Positions 25,510-34,511 of a DNA stretch of 64,000 bases are shown here, one piece after another (the stretch's first letter is position 1; the number at the start of each line of letters is the position of its first letter). This stretch comes from an uncultured Candidatus Saccharibacteria bacterium (GTDB lineage Bacteria; Patescibacteriota; UBA1384; JAMDBS01; DAOVQR01), in assembly GCA_964481135.1 (NCBI GenBank), contig CAYZSW010000004.1, positions 20,110-84,109 of the forward strand. The letters run 5' to 3'. A program made the translations under genes and the position numbers. The notes under the pieces were generated by a model. It searched no databases, was not told where the DNA came from, and saw nothing but the letters and a program-made list of their open reading frames with translations.

Positions 25510-27327
25510 ATGATTAAAAATGTTGCAATTATTGCTCATGTTGACCATGGTAAAACCACACTTGTTGATGGTTTATTAAAGCAATCACAAACTTTTCGTG
25601 ATAACGAGGCAGAAATGAGTCAAGAACTAATTATGGATTCTTTTGACCAGGAGCGTGAAAGGGGAATAACGATTTTAGCTAAAAACACTGCGATAAATTA
25701 TAAAGGTATAAAAATAAACATTATTGACACACCAGGTCACGCGGATTTCGGCGGTGAAGTTGAAAGAACTTTAAATATGGCCGATGGGGCAATTCTAGTT
25801 GTTGATGCTCAGGAAGGTCCTATGCCTCAAACTAGATTTGTACTTAAAAAAGCGCTAGAAATGGGGTTAAAAATTATTGTTGTAATAAATAAGATAGATA
25901 AAAAAAACGCACAAATTGATACTGTTTTAAATGAGATATCAGATTTATTTTTAGATTTAGCACAAGATGAGTCGCAACTTGATTTTCCAGTTTTTTATGC
26001 AATTGGAAGAGAAGGTAAGTCATGGGTAGATATGCCAGAGGATATAACCCAGAAATCAGATTTAACACAAATATTTGAAGCTATTATTAAATATATTCCA
26101 GAATCTATTTCCAATAAAGATGCTAGTTTCCAAATGCTTGTATCTGCTCTAGATTGGGATGATTATAAGGGTAAATATGCAATTGGTAGAATTAAAAAAG
26201 GTTTAGCTAAGCCAGGAGCACAGGTTTGTTTAATGCAAAATAATGCAATCAAAGAATCAGGAAGAATTGATAAAGTTTTTATTAACACTGGACTTAAAAG
26301 AATTGAAGAAAAAGTTGCCGTTTCTGGCGATATAGTTGCTATTACAGGGCTAAAAAATGTATCAATCGGAGATACTATTTCTGATAAAAATAATCCTGAA
26401 TCATTAGAAGGAATAAAAATCGAAGAACCAACATTAAAAATTTCAATATCTGCAAATACTTCTCCGTTTGCCGGGCAAGAAGGTCAATTTGTAACTGGCA
26501 GACAAATATTAGACAGAATAAAAAAAGAATTAGAAACAAATGTTTCTATGAGATTAGAAATAAATAACGATGGTGAATATGTACTTTCTGGCAGAGGTGA
26601 ATTACATTTAACAGTATTTGTAGAAACTTTAAGACGCGAAGGATATGAATTGCAACTTGGTAAACCTCAAGTTGTAACAAAATTAATTGACGGAGTTATT
26701 TATGAACCGATCGAAGAATTAATAGTTGAATCAGAGAATGCTTATACAAATAATATAATAACTGAGATTACTCGTAGAAAAGGAATTTTACTTTTACAAA
26801 AAGATTTAAACAATGGAAATACTTTTTTAAAATTTGAAATATCTACTCGTGGTTTAATTGGTTTCAGAAATAAACTTCTTACTTTATCAAAAGGAACTGC
26901 AGTTGCTAATTCAATGTTTTTAAACTTTTCTCCAAAAACCAACAATTTATCTAAGATGAGAAATGGAGTTTTAGTTGCATCAGATTCTGGTAAAGCTGTT
27001 ACATATGGATTAAATAATGCTCAAAGTAGAGGAATTACATTTATCGAGCCACAAACACAAGTTTACGAAGGAATGATCGTTGGTTTAGGCTCTAGAAATA
27101 ATGATTTAGATATTAATGTAACAAAAGAAAAAAAATTAACAAATATTAGATCATCTAATTCTGATATATCTGTGATATTAACACCGGCTACACAATTGTC
27201 GCTAGAACAATCAATAGAATTTTTAGAAGATGACGAACTTTTAGAAGTTACTCCAAAAAACTTAAGATTAAGAAAAAAAATTCTAGATAAATCTCTTCGA
27301 GCTAAATCTAAAAATAAAGTTAACTAA
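25510..27327 (+). CDS. typA: translational GTPase TypA/BipA
   Basis: AHVDHGKTTL G1 motif, DTPGHADF, NKIDK, EF-G-like domain organisation, 605 aa. Confidence 0.92.
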   Translation: MIKNVAIIAHVDHGKTTLVDGLLKQSQTFRDNEAEMSQELIMDSFDQERERGITILAKNTAINYKGIKINIIDTPGHADFGGEVERTLNMADGAILVVDAQEGPMPQTRFVLKKALEMGLKIIVVINKIDKKNAQIDTVLNEISDLFLDLAQDESQLDFPVFYAIGREGKSWVDMPEDITQKSDLTQIFEAIIKYIPESISNKDASFQMLVSALDWDDYKGKYAIGRIKKGLAKPGAQVCLMQNNAIKESGRIDKVFINTGLKRIEEKVAVSGDIVAITGLKNVSIGDTISDKNNPESLEGIKIEEPTLKISISANTSPFAGQEGQFVTGRQILDRIKKELETNVSMRLEINNDGEYVLSGRGELHLTVFVETLRREGYELQLGKPQVVTKLIDGVIYEPIEELIVESENAYTNNIITEITRRKGILLLQKDLNNGNTFLKFEISTRGLIGFRNKLLTLSKGTAVANSMFLNFSPKTNNLSKMRNGVLVASDSGKAVTYGLNNAQSRGITFIEPQTQVYEGMIVGLGSRNNDLDINVTKEKKLTNIRSSNSDISVILTPATQLSLEQSIEFLEDDELLEVTPKNLRLRKKILDKSLRAKSKNKVN

Positions 27328-27394
27328 CTTTGATTTATATATTTTAATAAATGTATTTAAAAATTTGTTGAAGTAAAATTAATAAAATTTAATC

Positions 27395-27487
27395 TCCCTC
27401 CGCGGAACTCCTCGACCGCCAGCCTTGCCTGCCTTGTCGACCTTGTCGGCAGACAGGTCGGTTCACCTCGCGAAGCGGGCAGACATG
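27395..27487. repeat. GC-rich repeat element (cttgcctgccttgtcg...tcggcagacagg family)
   Basis: gccttgcctgccttgtcgaccttgtcggcagacaggtcgg is the inverse-orientation relative of 61437-61482 and shares the gtctgccgacagg core with 645-668 and 51659-51695. Confidence 0.6.
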
Positions 27488-27524
27488 TAAAGTCGTGGGA
27501 TCTTCAATAATATCTATAAAAAAA

Positions 27525-27552
27525 ATCAGCCTAATTAAAAGCTGATTTTGAA
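27525..27552 (-). terminator. rho-independent terminator (bidirectional-looking hairpin; T8 run on the minus strand)
   Basis: atcagc-ctaattaaaa-gctgat hairpin; the minus-strand reading is followed by tttttttt directly after the stop of the 27555-27836 gene. Confidence 0.6.
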
Positions 27553-27554
27553 AT

Positions 27555-27836
27555 TTATTTTGCTGAAATTTTTAAAAAATTTACATATTTTTGAATTTGT
27601 TTTTTTATTTGAAAGCCGTTCGCCGTTACAAGAAGAAAATATTTAGTTCCTTCGGTGTCCTCGGCGAGAAAAATTAATTCTTTGTCGCTTTTTGCTATTT
27701 CGTCTATAATCCAATCTGTTTCTGCGACTTTTGTGATTTGAATATTATCTTTCTCACATTTTTTCAGGAAAGGGACCAAAATTTCTTCTTCGTAGATCTT
27801 TTCGGCTTCCTCCCATGTCATACTCATTTTTTCCAC
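27555..27836 (-). CDS. small hypothetical protein (93 aa)
   Basis: Acidic ORF with good codon usage, downstream of the GNAT gene on the same strand. Confidence 0.45.
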   Translation of the reverse strand: MEKMSMTWEEAEKIYEEEILVPFLKKCEKDNIQITKVAETDWIIDEIAKSDKELIFLAEDTEGTKYFLLVTANGFQIKKQIQKYVNFLKISAK

Positions 27837-27934
27837 CTCCTTATAAATTTTTTTTCAATAATGAGATTGCGTTTTTTGGTATTATTAATAATCCCAATAT
27901 CCTTGTGCTTCTATGGTTGATTCCTTAAGTTTTT

Positions 27935-28516
27935 TTATGAAATTTTAATTTTTGCTTTTTCCAGGTTATTTGAGAAACGTCCCCGATAGGGATACATTAC
28001 TTTTTCCATAGGTTGAATTTTAATGCCGTGGTGTATTCTAATTCTGCTTGTTTTTTTATAACCTAGTTTTGTATAAAAACTAACTGCAAACAAAGAGGAT
28101 TTTATTTTTATTTTTCTAGATCCTATTTTTTTGGCTTCATTTTCAAATTTTTTTATCAAATTTCTGCCAAAACCTCTATTGTGGTATTCGCCTAATATAA
28201 ATAAATTTGTAAGTTTATTTTTATTCCCCCTAACTATTCCAATAACTTTTTCGTTATCTATGGCTACAAATAATATTGGACTTTCAGAAAAAATCTCTTC
28301 CAATTTTTTAATATTTTCTCTGTCTGTATTATAAAAATTGATATAATCATCAATTCCTTTTTTACTACTTTCTTTGATATTAAATTTTAAAAAAGTATTT
28401 CTAATTAAAGAAGCAACTTTTTTAGTATCAGAAACCTTAAATTTTCTTATTTTAGTCATTTTATCTATTTTCATATTTAATATGTTCATTAATATATATT
28501 TTACAATAAACCACAA
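27935..28516 (-). CDS. GNAT-family N-acetyltransferase
   Basis: Acetyl-CoA binding motif ...LFILGEYHNRGFGRNLIKKFE...; the true start may be an internal Met (MKIDKMTKIRKF). Confidence 0.7.
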   Translation of the reverse strand: MWFIVKYILMNILNMKIDKMTKIRKFKVSDTKKVASLIRNTFLKFNIKESSKKGIDDYINFYNTDRENIKKLEEIFSESPILFVAIDNEKVIGIVRGNKNKLTNLFILGEYHNRGFGRNLIKKFENEAKKIGSRKIKIKSSLFAVSFYTKLGYKKTSRIRIHHGIKIQPMEKVMYPYRGRFSNNLEKAKIKIS

Positions 28517-28917
28517 AGTGATAAATGTTTTTTATTAATAATGGATGTTGAACTTAGCTTACCAAAAATACTAAAGAAATCAATGTGGTTTCTTGACTGG
28601 GCACACCGATAATAAATTAATTTTAATAATTAATAAAAAACAGCTCTATCTCGCGACAAACTTTGCTGACCTCTTGGCCTGTTTCGATTCTCAACAGGTT
28701 CGAATTTCGAGTCTGTTGAGAAAGTTTATCGAGAAATGGAGTTGAGGGGAGATAAGCACTTTTCTAAAAACCACTCGGTTTTTAGTATTTTCCTCTACGG
28801 TAAAACAACTGTTTTCTCCGCCTAGTCTCGGCGAGACTGGCCGACCCCTTTCCTCGGTGCAACTCTCCTAAATTCCCACAAACAACAAATACCCAGCAAA
28901 ACTGAGTATTTCTTGTT

Positions 28918-29274
28918 TGGTGGAGCTGAGGGGAGTTGCACCCCTGTCCAAACATTCTAATATTTAATCCTTACCGAAAGATTTATCTGCCTTAGGCAGA
29001 AAATGTCTTAGTTTGTCTTTGAATCGGTTACCAAGACAATCTTACCGAATCGCAATCTGATTTATAGCGCCCAGTATTATCAGTCAGATTCCAATAAAGT
29101 GGACGGCCTTAGAATTTAAGCTAAAGCAAGAGAAGGAGTTAAAGACGCAAAAGCGTTTTTTACCTTCTGTACTAAGTTTGCACTTAGAAAGTGTTAATTT
29201 TTTAGCGAGAATTTAACAATCTCGTCTTTCAGATTAAATATTTTAAAAATGCCTGTCGAAGCTAATACAGCCCC
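28918..29274 (-). ncRNA. ssrA: tmRNA (transfer-messenger RNA, SsrA)
   Basis: Minus strand 5' end GGGGCTGTATTAGCTTCGACAGG (cf. E. coli GGGGCUGAUUCUGGAUUCGACGGG) and 3' end GGACAGGGGTGCAACTCCCCTCAGCTCCACCA (cf. GGACGCGGGUUCAACUCCCGCCAGCUCCACCA). Internal tag-like reading frame ...GCT TTT GCG TCT TTA ACT CCT TCT CTT GCT TTA GCT TAA (AFASLTPSLALA*). Confidence 0.85.
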
Positions 29275-29638
29275 GCCCGCGACGCCTCGCGTTACTCGTT
29301 GACGCGTGGCGGGCGTGGCCCATTAGTTTTGAAGAAGTTTTTGTTTCTTTCTTTTAGATATTTTCTTCCAAATCCAGTTTTAAAATATTTTTCTCTATGG
29401 TATGCATCGGTTTCGTTTAAACAAATTTCACAATATATTAGCTTAATTGGTAGCCTGTTTTTAGTTGCATTGATTTTTCCAAGTCTATGCTCAGACAGTC
29501 TTTTTTAATGTTATTGGTGCAACCAACATATAATTTATTGTCTTTTTGACTCAATAATATATATGTATAGAACATAAATACATTATAGCATTAATATCAT
29601 ATTTTACACATTTTGTCAATTTAGCTATAATTACAAAT

Positions 29639-30157
29639 ATGTTAATTATTTACATCATAATTTTAATTATTGGGTTTTGTGCGTTATTTTATGCAGTTTC
29701 ACAATTAATTTCGATTATTTTTGGTGCTCAATATGTAAAAACACCCCATGAAATAATTAAAAAAGCAATTGAATTGTCTAATATTAAAAGAGGGGAGAAT
29801 TTTTATGATATAGGTTGTGGATCTGGCAGGATTTTAAAATTTGTGGCAGATAATTACGATGTTAATGCAATTGGAGTGGAGATTTCCCCGCTCCAATATT
29901 TAAAGGCCAGAATTCTAACAATAGACAATAAAAATATAAAAATTATCCATAAAAATATTAATTTAGTGAGTTTAAAAAATGCAGATGTTGTTTTTTGTTA
30001 TCTTTTGCCACCTCTTATGAAAAAAATGGAAAAAAAGTTTGCTCAGGAATTAAAAAAAGGAAGTCGAGTTATTTCGCATAGTTTTCCACTTCCCAACAAA
30101 AAACCATCTAAAACAGAGCAAGTAATTAATCATACCTTGTATTTATATAAGTACTAA
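29639..30157 (+). CDS. class I SAM-dependent methyltransferase
   Basis: Motif I DIGCGSGRIL, N-terminal TM; the substrate cannot be assigned from the sequence. Confidence 0.7.
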   Translation: MLIIYIIILIIGFCALFYAVSQLISIIFGAQYVKTPHEIIKKAIELSNIKRGENFYDIGCGSGRILKFVADNYDVNAIGVEISPLQYLKARILTIDNKNIKIIHKNINLVSLKNADVVFCYLLPPLMKKMEKKFAQELKKGSRVISHSFPLPNKKPSKTEQVINHTLYLYKY

Positions 30158-30174
30158 TAAGTTATAATTATAAA

Positions 30175-30618
30175 TTAAAAACTTTTCAGGTTTCTTTTTA
30201 TCTCTCTATCTAAATCTTTTTTCTTAATTTGTTCTCTTTTATCATAAAGTTTTTTTCCTTGAGCAACAGCAATTTCAACTTTTGCTTTTCCTCGTTTTAA
30301 ATACAATTTTGTTGGAACTATTGTTAGTTTTTTCGCTTGAATTTTTCCTACAAGACGAATGATTTCTTTTTTGTGAATAAGTAATTTTCTGGTTCTCGAA
30401 TTATCGGAATTGTCATTAGTTGCAATATTAGCATTTATTAAAAAAAGCTCAGGATTTTTTTTATCTCCATATAAAATTTTTGCATGAGAACCCTTTAAAT
30501 TAATTTTACCAGCTCTAATTGCCTTAATTTCGGATCCAGTTAAAACAATTCCAGCTTCAAGTTTTTCGATTAAATTATAATCAAAATACGCTTTTTTATT
30601 TTTTGCAATTTCAGTCAT
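30175..30618 (-). CDS. smpB: SsrA-binding protein SmpB
   Basis: MTEIAKNKKAYFDYNLIEKLEAGIVLTGSEIKAIRAGKINLKGSHAKI... typical SmpB N-terminus and basic C-tail; about 900 bp from the tmRNA gene. Confidence 0.9.
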   Translation of the reverse strand: MTEIAKNKKAYFDYNLIEKLEAGIVLTGSEIKAIRAGKINLKGSHAKILYGDKKNPELFLINANIATNDNSDNSRTRKLLIHKKEIIRLVGKIQAKKLTIVPTKLYLKRGKAKVEIAVAQGKKLYDKREQIKKKDLDREIKRNLKSF

Positions 30619-30750
30619 AATTTTTCATTTTAATTCTACTAATATTTAATCTAATGCAACTAGTTATCTTTTATTAAGAACATTAGAATTATCATTCTTA
30701 TTATACCTGTTTTTGACATTACATTAAAGTAGTGATAACTTTAAATTAAG

Positions 30751-31419
30751 ATGAATAAAATTGCAAGAGGAAAACTAATAGTTATTGAAGGAGTTGATGG
30801 CTCTGGTAAAACAACACAGACTAATCTTTTGATAGCCCGTTTAAAAAATATTAATAAACAAGTACAAACAATTAAATACCCAAGACACGGTAAACCTTTT
30901 TTCGGGAATATGGTCGATGAATATTTGAATAATAAATTTGGGCCTGCAGATAAAATTAATCCTTATTTAGCGTCATTAATTTATGCTTGTGATAGATGGG
31001 AAACAAAGGCGCAACTTACAAGCTGGCTTTCAGTTGGGAATTGGGTTGTGCCAGATAGGTATATGACCTCAAATTTAGGACATCAGCTGGGTAAACTTAA
31101 AACAATGCAAGAAAAAGATCATTATATTAAATGGGAGGAAGAATTAGAATATAAAACATTTGGGATTCCAAGACCAGATTTAGTAATATATTTAGATATG
31201 CCAATTAAATTAATTAAAAAATTGCTTAAACAAAGAAACGAAAAAATGGATGCTCATGAATTAGACGAAACTCACTTAAAAAATGCACAAATTGCTTATA
31301 GATATTGCTTAAAGAAATTTTCTTATTGGAAAAAAGTAGATTGCACAGAGTACGATGAACTTTTATCACCTGAGGAAATTCATAAAAAAATTTGGGCAAA
31401 AATAAGGAGTACGCTATGA
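30751..31419 (+). CDS. tmk: thymidylate kinase
   Basis: P-loop IVIEGVDGSGKTTQ; DRY motif region (DRWETKAQ); 222 aa. Confidence 0.8.
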   Translation: MNKIARGKLIVIEGVDGSGKTTQTNLLIARLKNINKQVQTIKYPRHGKPFFGNMVDEYLNNKFGPADKINPYLASLIYACDRWETKAQLTSWLSVGNWVVPDRYMTSNLGHQLGKLKTMQEKDHYIKWEEELEYKTFGIPRPDLVIYLDMPIKLIKKLLKQRNEKMDAHELDETHLKNAQIAYRYCLKKFSYWKKVDCTEYDELLSPEEIHKKIWAKIRSTL

Positions 31420-31982
31420 TTTTAGGTTTAGTAAGTTTTATTGGAGCGGGTAAAGATACGGTTGCTAGTTATCTAGTAAAAAAAGGTTTTATTCACAGAT
31501 CTTTGTCTGATGAAATTAGAGACGAACTTAAAAAAAGAAAATTACCAGAAACCAGAGATAATCTTATTAATGTTGGAAACGAGTTAAGAAAAAAGTTTGG
31601 TAATGATGTTCTTGCAAAAAGAGCTTTTGAAAAAATCAAGAAGCTTAATAAACATGCAATAATAAGTAGTATTAGAAATGCAGGAGAAGTGAAATTTTTT
31701 AAAAAACAACCAGAATTTATACTAGTAGAAATTTACTGTCCTTTAGAGATTAGATATAAACGGTTAAAAAAAAGAAATCGGATAGGTGATATTAAATCAT
31801 TTAAAGAGTTTCTTTTATCAGAAAAAAGAGAACAGGCAAGTGATCCTAGTAAACAACAAATTCACAAAGTAATTAAGTTAGCTGATTTAAAAATTAATAA
31901 TTCAGGCACAATCAAACAATTACAAAATAATACTGATAATTTAATTAATAAAATAAATAAAGGGGGAAAAGGACAAAAATGA
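31416..31982 (+). CDS. P-loop nucleoside/nucleotide kinase (dNMP-kinase or dephospho-CoA-kinase-like)
   Basis: [15 protein letters not shown] Walker A at N-terminus; RBS aaggag at 31404; ATG overlaps the tmk stop (ATGA). Substrate unclear. Confidence 0.5.
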   Translation: MILGLVSFIGAGKDTVASYLVKKGFIHRSLSDEIRDELKKRKLPETRDNLINVGNELRKKFGNDVLAKRAFEKIKKLNKHAIISSIRNAGEVKFFKKQPEFILVEIYCPLEIRYKRLKKRNRIGDIKSFKEFLLSEKREQASDPSKQQIHKVIKLADLKINNSGTIKQLQNNTDNLINKINKGGKGQK

Positions 31983-32479
31983 ATAAAAACAACAAGCCCT
32001 CAAATCAAAATAACAAAAAAGAAAAAAACATAAGGCCTAGCTGGGATGAGTATTTTATGAATATTGCCGAGCAGGTTGCAACTCGCGCCACATGTGACAG
32101 AAAACATGTTGGAGCAGTGATTGTGAGAGATAAAGTTATTTTATCTACAGGTTATAATGGTTCACCTCGTGGTATGGCTCATTGCGACGAAGTAGGGCAT
32201 GAAATAATAGAAGGTCATTGTGTTCGAACAGTTCACGCTGAAGCAAACGCAATTGCACAAGCTGCTAAAAATGGCGTTTCAATAGAAGGAGCTACAATAT
32301 ATACTACTTCTTCTCCTTGTTATGATTGTTTTAAATTATTAATTAATGCAGGAATAAAAAGAGTTGTTTATAAAGAATTTTATTCTAGCCGTTATGGCAT
32401 GTCGAAAATGGTTTTGACTTTAGCCAATAAAGCGCAGATTTGGATGACATATTTAGGAGATGAAATTATTAAAGATTAA
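31979..32479 (+). CDS. dCMP deaminase (CMP/dCMP deaminase zinc-binding family)
   Basis: HAEANAI ... PCYDCFKLL zinc-ligand motifs; start overlaps the upstream stop. Confidence 0.85.
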   Translation: MNKNNKPSNQNNKKEKNIRPSWDEYFMNIAEQVATRATCDRKHVGAVIVRDKVILSTGYNGSPRGMAHCDEVGHEIIEGHCVRTVHAEANAIAQAAKNGVSIEGATIYTTSSPCYDCFKLLINAGIKRVVYKEFYSSRYGMSKMVLTLANKAQIWMTYLGDEIIKD

Positions 32480-32888
32480 AAAATTAAATAAAGATGCTAA
32501 GGTGCCCAAATATGCACATTTTAATGATGCAGGTATAGATTTGTATTGTATCAAAAAAACAACCATAGCACCTCGTCAAAGAGTTTTAGTAGAAACTGGA
32601 ATTGCAATGCAAATACCGCTAGGATTCGCAGGTTTAATTTGGGATAAAAGTGGTTTATCAACTAAGTATGGGCTGCATGTTTTTGCAGGTGTAATTGATG
32701 CAACTTACAGAGGTGAAATTAAAATTTTATTATACAATAGTTCCAGTAAAGCATTTACTTTTGAAAAAGGCGATAAAATATCTCAAATGCTTATTCAGCC
32801 CGTTATGAATTTTAAAATCATTGAGAGTAATAAGCTTTCTGCTACAAAAAGAGATCTAGGTGGATTTGGTTCTACCGGTAAAAAATAA
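32460..32888 (+). CDS. dut: dUTP diphosphatase
   Basis: dUTPase motifs [37 protein letters not shown]. Confidence 0.9.
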   Translation: MKLLKIKKLNKDAKVPKYAHFNDAGIDLYCIKKTTIAPRQRVLVETGIAMQIPLGFAGLIWDKSGLSTKYGLHVFAGVIDATYRGEIKILLYNSSSKAFTFEKGDKISQMLIQPVMNFKIIESNKLSATKRDLGGFGSTGKK

Positions 32889-32918
32889 TTTTTGTTAAGA
32901 TTTTTATCTGGAGGATTT

Positions 32919-33785
32919 ATGAAACAATATTTAGATATTGTAAAAAAAGTATTAAAAGATGGTAAAACAAAAAAAAATCGAACAGGCGTTGATACTATTT
33001 CGGTTGCAGGAACATTTTTTGAACATGATATGTCAAAAGGTTTTCCGATTATTACTACAAAAAGTGTACCTTTTAAATTAGTTGCTTCTGAGTTGGAATT
33101 TTTTATTAAGGGCATAACAGATAAAAAGTGGCTGCAACAAAAAAATAATCATATTTGGGATGAATGGTGTTCACCAAAGAAAGTTCCATATTCGCACAAT
33201 GAAAAAACAAAAAACAAAATGTTTTTAGAAAGAGATTTAGGTCCAATCTATGGATGGCAATGGAGAAATTTTGGCGCTCAATACATCAGTTATAACAAAA
33301 AACCAAAAACTAAAGGTGTGGACCAACTAAAAAATCTTGTAGAGAAACTAAAACACAATCCAAACGATAGAAGAATGATTGTATCCGCCTGGAACCCTGT
33401 TGATTTGTCGCAAATGGCACTTCCGCCTTGTCATTATTGTTTTCAAGTTACTGTTATTGGGGATAAATTGAATTTACTGTGGAGCCAGCGTTCTGTAGAT
33501 GTTGCCTTAGGGTTACCCTTTAATATTACAAGTTATGCACTTTTACTGCACTTACTAGCCAAAGAATCTGATTTAAAAGAAGGTAAACTGGTTGGTTTTT
33601 TAGCAGATACTCATATTTATAAAAATCATATCGCTGGCTTAAAAGAGCAAGTAAAAAGAAAACCATTTAAGCTTCCAAAAATTAAAACTAGTAATTTTAA
33701 ATCAATCTTTGATTGGCAGTATTTAGATAGTGAATTGTTGGGTTATAAGCATCATGAAAAAATTAAATTTGATATTGCAGTTTAG
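32919..33785 (+). CDS. thyA: thymidylate synthase (ThyA)
   Basis: RTGVDTISVAGTFFEHDM, PPCHYCFQV (catalytic Cys), DTHIYKNH; ATG at 32919 preceded by ggagga RBS (the track ORF starts at an upstream TTG). Confidence 0.9.
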   Translation: MKQYLDIVKKVLKDGKTKKNRTGVDTISVAGTFFEHDMSKGFPIITTKSVPFKLVASELEFFIKGITDKKWLQQKNNHIWDEWCSPKKVPYSHNEKTKNKMFLERDLGPIYGWQWRNFGAQYISYNKKPKTKGVDQLKNLVEKLKHNPNDRRMIVSAWNPVDLSQMALPPCHYCFQVTVIGDKLNLLWSQRSVDVALGLPFNITSYALLLHLLAKESDLKEGKLVGFLADTHIYKNHIAGLKEQVKRKPFKLPKIKTSNFKSIFDWQYLDSELLGYKHHEKIKFDIAV

Positions 33786-33794
33786 GAGGATAAA

Positions 33795-34307
33795 ATGAGC
33801 AAAATTATTGTTATTTCTGCAGTTGCAAAAAATAATATTATTGGTAAAAACAAAGGTATTCCTTGGCATATTAAAAAAGATTTCGAACATTTTAAAAAAA
33901 TAACAATTGGTCACCCGATAATTATGGGAAGTGTTACTTACGAATCATTGCCAATTAAACCTTTACCGGGCAGAGAAAATATTGTTTTAAATCCAAATAA
34001 GAGTTATAAGCCAGCAAATGTTACAGTTATGCATTCATTTGAAGATGCAATAAAATACGCAAAAAAATTTGACAAAGCATTCATTATAGGAGGAAATACT
34101 GTATATCAACTCGGCCTAGAAATAGCAGATGAGCTAGAACTTACAAAAATCGACAAAAACTATGAAGGCGATACTAAATTTCCAAATGTTAATTGGAAAG
34201 ATTGGAAGTTGATAAAAAAAGAAGATTATTCTGCTGATGACGGCTCCGGAGAAGTTGTCAAGTTTTCATTTTGCAAATACAAAAGAATAAATAATTTGAA
34301 AAAATAA
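33795..34307 (+). CDS. folA: dihydrofolate reductase
   Basis: IISAVAKNNIIGKNKGIPWHIKKDFEHFKKIT...IIMGSVTYESL classic DHFR N-terminus; immediately follows thyA. Confidence 0.88.
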   Translation: MSKIIVISAVAKNNIIGKNKGIPWHIKKDFEHFKKITIGHPIIMGSVTYESLPIKPLPGRENIVLNPNKSYKPANVTVMHSFEDAIKYAKKFDKAFIIGGNTVYQLGLEIADELELTKIDKNYEGDTKFPNVNWKDWKLIKKEDYSADDGSGEVVKFSFCKYKRINNLKK

Positions 34308-34324
34308 TATTATTTGATATAATA

Positions 34325-34500
34325 TAAATAAGTTATTAAAAGTGTTGACGCGGAGTCACTAACCGCTGAGCTTTTACGCATTAGTAATTGAGCGAGATCA
34401 ATTATAAAGAGATCCGTAATTGGATAATCTGGGTGGAACCGCTTCGATTAAGTATCGGAGTCCCGGAAAATCTAATATTTACGGATTGTTTTATTTTTTA
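34325..34500 (+). promoter_or_regulatory. probable T-box leader (tRNA-Thr-responsive) upstream of thrS
   Basis: aatctGGGTGGaACCGCt matches the T-box consensus AAUUAGGGUGGNACCGCG; GC-rich stem with an ACC-containing loop upstream; helix gatccgtaa/ttacggatt followed by gttttatttttt just before the thrS RBS. Confidence 0.55.
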
Positions 34501-34511
34501 GAAAGGAATAT

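Noticed and set aside
28857-28869. apparent partial duplicate of the ssrA 3' end that might mark an att site
   Set aside because: The segment is the reverse complement, not a direct repeat, of the tmRNA T-arm/acceptor region. It can pair with it, so a trailer or terminator structure is the better explanation than an integration scar.
29299-29508. 69-aa plus-strand ORF
   Set aside because: It begins in the GC-rich hairpin directly upstream of the tmRNA 5' end. It has an odd Gly/Arg-rich N-terminus encoded by the GC hairpin, no RBS, and no support. Treated as non-coding.
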